From Chthonomonadales bacterium (lineage in GTDB: Bacteria > Armatimonadota > Chthonomonadetes > Chthonomonadales > Chthonomonadaceae), in NCBI GenBank assembly GCA_038217285.1, contig JBBQPO010000199.1, positions 1-11,693 on the forward strand: DNA of 11,693 bases. Reading direction: 5' to 3'. The first letter of the stretch is position 1. Each line of letters starts with the position of its first letter. The notes below the pieces were generated by a model, which saw nothing but the letters and a program-made list of their open reading frames with translations, did no database searches and was not told the origin of the DNA. A program made the translations under genes and the position numbers. Positions 4,248 through 11,693 of this stretch are shown here, piece after piece.

Positions 4248-6815
4248 GTGATGCGTCCGCAGCGCTTCCTGTTTGCATTCGCACTTCTGTTGCCTGTTGT
4301 CGGCGTTCTGTCGGCGGCGAATGCAGGCCAGGCGGCTCTCCATAAGAAGACCAGCGCCAGAGGAGCGACCGGCGGTCGAAAGTCTTCGGTTACGGCTGCC
4401 CCCGTGGCTCTCGTGAGTTATCGGGAAGAGGTCGAGCCGATCTTCAAATCGACCTGCGGCTCCTGCCACAGCAGCGACAAACATAGCAGCGGCTTCGTGG
4501 TCGAAACGCCCGACGCACTCTTCAAGGGCGGCACGCGTACCGGAACCAAAATCGTCGTCCCTGGCAAACCGGCGGAAAGTGCGCTGCTCGCCTACCTTCA
4601 TGGTGCGAAGCAGCCCCGCATGCCCCTGAACAGCCCGCCGCTCGCCCCCGGGAAGCTCAAAACCATCGAAACCTGGATCGCGCAGGGCGCGAAGATCGAC
4701 GCTGTCAAGCTCGGCTATCCCTACACCGCACCCGTCGCGCATACCGTCCCACACGTCAAAAATACGGCGTGGGTGAAGAGTCCGATAGACGCCTTTATCC
4801 TCGCCAAACTGGAGTCGAAAGGGCTGAAACCCGCCCCACCCGCCCCGAAAACGACCCTGCTGCGCCGCGTCTATGCCGATCTTATCGGCGAGCCGCCGAC
4901 GCCGCAGGAGGCCGACGCCTTCCTGAACGATACGACCCCGAAAGCGTACGAGACGCTGGTGGACCGCCTGCTCGCCGACCCGCGCTACGGGGAGCGCTGG
5001 GCGCGGCACTGGCTAGACCTCGTTCGCTTCGCGGAGACCCACGGCTTTGAAAATGATGGTGTGCGCCCACGCGCCTGGCGCTATCGCGACTACGTGATCC
5101 GCGCGTTCAACAGCGACAAGCCCTACGACCGCTTCCTCAAAGAGCAGATCGGCGGCGACGAACTCTATCCCACCGACGCCGACGCCATCACCGCCACCGG
5201 CTTTGCTCGCCTCGGCCCCTGGGACGAGCTGAGCACCGACCATCCGCAGCGCTGGCAGGACTACCTGAACGACGTCACCGACACCACCGGCTCCGTCGTG
5301 CTCGGCCTCACCGTCGGCTGCGCCCGCTGCCACAACCACAAGTACGACCGCATCTCCCAGGCCGACTACTACCGCCTGCAGAGCTTCTACGCCAGCACGA
5401 AGTGGGTCGAAACCCGACTGCCAGACGGCAGCGACAGTCCGGTCTATGTGCAGAAGACCGCCGCCTCACGCGCCCGGCTGGCAGATCTGCAGAGGCAACT
5501 CCACGACCTGCGTGAGAGCCATCGCGCATTCGCCATCGGCGAGAAGCAGAAACAGGCGAAGAATGGCGCAGCGGTCACCTCGATCAAAGAAGAGGAGATC
5601 GACCGTTACCTCAAGGACGCCGACCGCGACCACCGCAACCAACTGGAGAGCGACATTCGCGGTCTGGAGAGCCAGATCGCCCCATACGACCCGGTCGCGG
5701 AGGCCATCTCGGAGGATAACAAGGCCGGGGTGACGGAGCACCTTCTGCTGCGCGGCAATCTGCTGACGCCGGGGCCGGAAGTAAAGCCCGGATTTATCGC
5801 CGCACTCATCGGAGGGGAAGAGAAACCGGCTGACATCGCGCCTCCGGCGAACGGCCACACCAGCGGACGACGCGCCGCGCTTGCGAACTGGCTTGGCAGT
5901 CGCGACAACCCGATGACCGCCCGTGTCATGGTCAATCGCCTCTGGCAGCACCACTTCGGACGTGGCATCGTCGCCTCTCCCTCCGATTTCGGACGCAACG
6001 GTGACCGGCCCTCGCACCCGGAACTTCTGGACTGGCTGGCGATGCAGTTCATGGATCAGGGCTGGAGCCTCAAGAAGATGCACCGCCTTATGCTGCTCTC
6101 CAACACCTACCAGATGTCGTCGAAACTTGACCCGATAGCCCTGAAGGCCGACCCCTATAACGCTCTCCTCTGGCGCATGAACCGTATTCGTCTCGAAGGC
6201 GAACCGTTGCGCGACTCCATTCTTGCGGTTAGCGGACGCCTGAACCCGACGATGGCCGGGCCGAGCGTCTACCCAAAAATCAGTGACGAGGTGCTTTCGA
6301 CAGGTTCGACCCACAAGTGGGGCTCCTCCACCGAAGCGGACGGACTTCGCCGCACGATCTACGTATTCCAGCGCCGCTCCCTCGTCCTGCCCATCGTCGA
6401 AGCCTTCGACGGCGCGGACATGGCCAACACCTGTCCGCGCCGCGGCGTCACGACCATCGCGCCGCAGGCCCTCGCCCTGTTCAACGGTGACTTCACCCGC
6501 ACCGAGGCCGGTTTCTTCGCGGAGCGCGTACGTAAGGACGCCGGTGACGACCGCAGCAAACAGATCGACCGCGCCTACCAGATCGCCCTCTGCCGCCGCC
6601 CGACCGCCGCGCAGAAACAGACCGCCCTGGATTTCCTGACACGCCAGACGCAACTCCATCTCGACACCGCCCATCAGGCGACCAGCGGCCCGACGGCCCA
6701 ACACGTCGGCTTCACCACGCCAGACGACAAAACGCAGAAGGCCGCCGCGCAGGCCGCGCTCGCCGACTTCTGCCACGTCATCCTCAACACCAACGAGTTT
6801 CTCTATCTCGACTGA
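4248..6815 (+). CDS. Exported planctomycete cytochrome c + DUF1549 (PSCyt2) + DUF1553 (PSD1) domain protein
   Basis: Signal peptide; CxxCH motifs CGSCH and CARCHNH; VVPGKPAES...RMP (PSCyt1); IDAFILAKL...LLRRVY.DL.G.PPT...YGERWARHWLD (DUF1549); NPMTARVMVNRLWQHHFGRGIV...SHPELLDWLA...QALALFN...NEFLYLD (DUF1553). Start is GTG 4248 or ATG 4251. Confidence 0.93.
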   Translation: MMRPQRFLFAFALLLPVVGVLSAANAGQAALHKKTSARGATGGRKSSVTAAPVALVSYREEVEPIFKSTCGSCHSSDKHSSGFVVETPDALFKGGTRTGTKIVVPGKPAESALLAYLHGAKQPRMPLNSPPLAPGKLKTIETWIAQGAKIDAVKLGYPYTAPVAHTVPHVKNTAWVKSPIDAFILAKLESKGLKPAPPAPKTTLLRRVYADLIGEPPTPQEADAFLNDTTPKAYETLVDRLLADPRYGERWARHWLDLVRFAETHGFENDGVRPRAWRYRDYVIRAFNSDKPYDRFLKEQIGGDELYPTDADAITATGFARLGPWDELSTDHPQRWQDYLNDVTDTTGSVVLGLTVGCARCHNHKYDRISQADYYRLQSFYASTKWVETRLPDGSDSPVYVQKTAASRARLADLQRQLHDLRESHRAFAIGEKQKQAKNGAAVTSIKEEEIDRYLKDADRDHRNQLESDIRGLESQIAPYDPVAEAISEDNKAGVTEHLLLRGNLLTPGPEVKPGFIAALIGGEEKPADIAPPANGHTSGRRAALANWLGSRDNPMTARVMVNRLWQHHFGRGIVASPSDFGRNGDRPSHPELLDWLAMQFMDQGWSLKKMHRLMLLSNTYQMSSKLDPIALKADPYNALLWRMNRIRLEGEPLRDSILAVSGRLNPTMAGPSVYPKISDEVLSTGSTHKWGSSTEADGLRRTIYVFQRRSLVLPIVEAFDGADMANTCPRRGVTTIAPQALALFNGDFTRTEAGFFAERVRKDAGDDRSKQIDRAYQIALCRRPTAAQKQTALDFLTRQTQLHLDTAHQATSGPTAQHVGFTTPDDKTQKAAAQAALADFCHVILNTNEFLYLD

Positions 6816-6860
6816 TGGTCGTCAAAGGGATTTCTGTTACCCCCGAGGGTTGAGGGCAGG

Positions 6861-7844
6861 TCAAACGTGGCGGACGAGGTCGTGGATGCGGATCATGCCG
6901 ATGCAGTGGCCGGAAGAGTCTACGACGGGGGCGACGGAGAGGGCGCGGGGACGATCTTCCATAAGACGCAGGGCCTCGTAGGCGAGCTGATCAGGATGGA
7001 GGATGAGGGCAGGGCGTCTGTTCATCATGTCGGCAGCCGTTAGCAGGAAGGCGCCTGCCTCGTGCTTCTGAAGGGCGTTGCGCAGATCCGATTCCGCAAT
7101 GAGGCCGAGCAGACTGCCGTTCGAATCGGTGACGCAGGTCGCGCCGACGTGTTTGGTGCTGATCTCACAAACGACATCCATAAAGGGCGTAGAGGGCTGT
7201 ACGTGGGGTAGGGCATCCTCTCCGACAGGCATGACGTCGCGGACGCGCATCGTGAGGCGACGGCCCAGGCGCCCGCCGGGATGGTTGAGGGCGTAGTCCT
7301 CCTCCCGGAAGCCGCGCCGCTTCTGCAGGGTCATGGCGAGCGCGTCTCCGAGGGCCATCGCGACCAGCACACTGGTGGTTGGGGCGAGATTGAGCGGGCA
7401 CGCTTCGCGCTCGATAGAGGCGTCGAGCACGACCGTGGCCCTTTGCGCCAGTGTGGACACCAGATTACCGACGATAGCGATCATCGCGACATCGCGCGCC
7501 AGAAGCGCCGGGAGAATCGCCAGCAACTCCTCGCTCTCACCGCCGTTCGAGAAGGCGATGATGACGTCGTGCGGCAGTACGATTCCCAGGTCGCCGTGCA
7601 TGGCCTCGGAGGGGTGGAGGAAGACGGTGGGGCAACCCGTCGAGGTCAGGGTAGCCGCCAGTTTACGCGCCACCATACCGGACTTGCCGACGCCCGTCGT
7701 GATCACTTTTCCCCGACAGGAATCCAGCAGATCGAGCGCATGCACGAACGACTCGCCCAGTCTTGCGGAGGCCGCTTCGATGGCGGCTGTCGCCACCTCC
7801 AGCGTCTCCTTACCAAAATCTACTTCTCCGTTCCTATCTTCCAT
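6861..7844 (-). CDS. kdsD: KpsF/GutQ-family arabinose-5-phosphate isomerase (SIS + CBS pair)
   Basis: TGVGKSG, FLHPSEAMHGDLG, REACPLNLAPTTS, HPGGRLG and two CBS repeats. ATG 7844 is chosen because GAGG precedes it. Confidence 0.93.
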   Translation of the reverse strand: MEDRNGEVDFGKETLEVATAAIEAASARLGESFVHALDLLDSCRGKVITTGVGKSGMVARKLAATLTSTGCPTVFLHPSEAMHGDLGIVLPHDVIIAFSNGGESEELLAILPALLARDVAMIAIVGNLVSTLAQRATVVLDASIEREACPLNLAPTTSVLVAMALGDALAMTLQKRRGFREEDYALNHPGGRLGRRLTMRVRDVMPVGEDALPHVQPSTPFMDVVCEISTKHVGATCVTDSNGSLLGLIAESDLRNALQKHEAGAFLLTAADMMNRRPALILHPDQLAYEALRLMEDRPRALSVAPVVDSSGHCIGMIRIHDLVRHV

Positions 7845-7904
7845 ATTGCCTCGCTGCACTTCCAAAACGTCATCTTTTCGTGCCTGTTGGTGGCTCTGTT
7901 GCGT

Positions 7905-8903
7905 TTATGATACCTCAGAACGCCAGTAGGAGAGCGTGTCGTGCAGGGTTGTCTCCAGCGAATAACGAGGTTGCCAACGGGTGGCCGCGCAGAGTTTACG
8001 CGGGTCTCCAGTGGAACAGGCGATGTCGGCGGGCCGCATTCGCGCAGGGTCGGTCTTGACGGCGATGGGCACGGAGCAGAGCGCGCGCAGACGGTCGAGA
8101 ACCTCGCGCATGGCGATCGGCGCTCCGGTCGCGACATTGTAGGTTTCGCCTGCCGTCGCCTGCTCCATCAGCAGCCGGTAGGCGCGGACCACGTCCCGCA
8201 CGTCCAGCAAGTCCCGGCGCGCCTCCAGGTTGCCCACCAGGAGTTCAGGGGGCTGCTCCCCGCGCTCGATGAGGGCGATTTGGCGGGCGAAGGCGGGAGC
8301 GGCGAACGTCGGCGCCTGACCGGGGCCGGTGTGGGAGAAAGCCCGGACGGTGAACGCCAGGTCGCGATACTCCGCCGCCACGGCTTCCATAGCGATCTTG
8401 CTGTCGGTATAGGCTCCGAATCTGCCGAGGGAAGCGAGCGAATCGGATTCCCGGGCGGGCCGCTCGGCCTCCGTGTCGCCATAGACATAGCCGGTGCTCA
8501 CAAGCAGGACGCGTGGAGGAGACGGAAGCGAACGCGCGGCGGCGAGCAGATTCCGGCTTCCGTCCACATTGACTGAAAAGACAGCTTCGCGGTCGGGATC
8601 CGCCCCGGAGGCGCGGGCCGCCAGATGATAGACCTGAGTCGGTCGCAACGCGGTAAGAAGCGCCGCTGTGGCCGCCGCATCGCGTACGTCCAGAGGCACA
8701 AGATCGATAGGCCCATCGAGATCAGGGCCGCCCTGGCCGGAACCGGGAGGCGCGTGTGTGCTCGAGTGAGGCTCCGATTCCGCGTGGGTGGCAGCGAAGA
8801 TCCTGACGGGGAAGAGGGGCGGGGCCAGCAGCGCGGTGAGCAGATGTCTGCCCACAAAGCCGTTCGCCCCGGTAATCAGAATGCGTGTCGGTTCCAGAGG
8901 CAC
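7905..8903 (-). CDS. Extended SDR, probable GDP-4-keto-6-deoxy-D-mannose reductase (Rmd-like)
   Basis: ILITGANGFVG, VYHLAA, YTDSK (YxxxK), RAFSHTGPGQ, VGNLEARRDLLDVRDVVRAY, DPARMRPAD. Lies directly downstream of gmd. GTG 8903 has SD AAGGA. Confidence 0.8.
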   Translation of the reverse strand: MPLEPTRILITGANGFVGRHLLTALLAPPLFPVRIFAATHAESEPHSSTHAPPGSGQGGPDLDGPIDLVPLDVRDAAATAALLTALRPTQVYHLAARASGADPDREAVFSVNVDGSRNLLAAARSLPSPPRVLLVSTGYVYGDTEAERPARESDSLASLGRFGAYTDSKIAMEAVAAEYRDLAFTVRAFSHTGPGQAPTFAAPAFARQIALIERGEQPPELLVGNLEARRDLLDVRDVVRAYRLLMEQATAGETYNVATGAPIAMREVLDRLRALCSVPIAVKTDPARMRPADIACSTGDPRKLCAATRWQPRYSLETTLHDTLSYWRSEVS

Positions 8904-8917
8904 CGCTGTCGTCCTTC

Positions 8918-10740
<1,823 letters not shown>

Positions 10741-10771
10741 TACGTTCTTATTCCTTTTCTCGGTTTTGCTG

Positions 10772-11693
10772 TTAGCGTCGGCGCGCGGGAACCAACTGCG
10801 CGGCGGTAAGTCGCGCGGCATAGTAGGGCGGACGAGAAGGAACGACTTCCGGCAGGCTCAACAGTTCTTCGGTCGTGCGCTCCTCGTTCGGCTGGCGCAG
10901 GACGGCCTGCGCTGTCTCCAGTACGCTCTCCTCGGTGATGGCGTCGAGGCAGCGGCGCACCGCATCGTCGTCTTGTGCCGGTTCGTCCGGAAAGACGACG
11001 ACCGAACGATGGCGCGGCGCATCGTATCCCCAGCGCACCACTTTATTTGGACCGAAGATGCCGACGCTGGCGACCCGCTGCGCGACCGCAGCGTGCAGCA
11101 AGCCTGTATCGTTGCTAAGCCACAAGTCGCACTGTCCGATGGCGGCCAGAGCCTCGCGAAGAGGCAGCTTGCCGACCAGATCGATGACAGGGAACTGAAG
11201 AGCTTTCGCTGTGCGTTCCGCCGTCGCGCGTTCGGCTTCCCCTCCCATCAGTACCACCTGACCGCCGTTGTCCGCGACTAAGGTGTTGGCGACGTAGGCG
11301 TAGCGCTCCGCGCCCCATTCGCGGATCGGGGCGTCGTTGGCTCCGGGCTGAATACCGATCAACGGACGACTCCCGTCCCAGCCGTGTTGACGAAGAATTT
11401 CTCGGCCTCGTTCCTTTTCGTCCTCCGTCATCCAGAGGTCCGGCAGGGCGTCACGGGCGGGAAGGCCGAGCGCGCGCAGCATATCGAGATGGCAGTCCAC
11501 CTCGTTACGGTCGAAGAAGTAAGGAATGGGAACGGTGAGAAATGGCCGACGAAACTCATTGATGTAACCGATTCGGGCAGGAAGATGCGCGGCCCAGCAG
11601 GTCACGGCGCAGTGCAGCGAACGATTGAGCAAAAATCCGGCCTCATAGTTCCCGGTCCGCAGCAGGGCATGAAGCTCGCGACCGTGCTGCCAG
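10772..11693 (-). CDS. Glycosyltransferase family 9 (ADP-heptose:LPS heptosyltransferase-like), 5'-partial
   Basis: Frame stays open to the window edge ([25 protein letters not shown]...). Motifs IGIQPGA...[41 protein letters not shown]. Confidence 0.9.
   Translation of the reverse strand, partial: WQHGRELHALLRTGNYEAGFLLNRSLHCAVTCWAAHLPARIGYINEFRRPFLTVPIPYFFDRNEVDCHLDMLRALGLPARDALPDLWMTEDEKERGREILRQHGWDGSRPLIGIQPGANDAPIREWGAERYAYVANTLVADNGGQVVLMGGEAERATAERTAKALQFPVIDLVGKLPLREALAAIGQCDLWLSNDTGLLHAAVAQRVASVGIFGPNKVVRWGYDAPRHRSVVVFPDEPAQDDDAVRRCLDAITEESVLETAQAVLRQPNEERTTEELLSLPEVVPSRPPYYAARLTAAQLVPARRR

Overview
Bacterial window, probably a GC-rich diderm (Armatimonadota/Planctomycetota-like gene content; this is inference), with two parts. 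Positions 2101-11693 are intact chromosomal genes: initiator tRNA-fMet (- strand, with promoter and terminator), a divergent AraC regulator / PhyH-family dioxygenase pair, a large DUF1549-DUF1553 planctomycete cytochrome c protein, and a minus-strand LPS cluster (GT9 heptosyltransferase-like, kdsA, gmd, rmd-like, kdsD). Positions 1-2060, just 3' of the tRNA, are a more AT-rich, decaying accessory region. It holds a membrane-anchored ORF that may be interrupted by an IS end, an AbrB-type antitoxin with a VapC toxin broken by a 1-nt deletion, and a 226-bp palindromic MITE-like element with perfect 15-bp terminal inverted repeats that cuts two convergent genes. It also holds a near-consensus promoter driving a ~140-nt structured leader RNA (SD-sequestering stem, long-range pairing, uORF) ahead of a truncated 'LPxxPxxxxLKxQxKxLL' domain gene. 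The leader-RNA/domain module and the palindromic element are the best candidates for undescribed biology.
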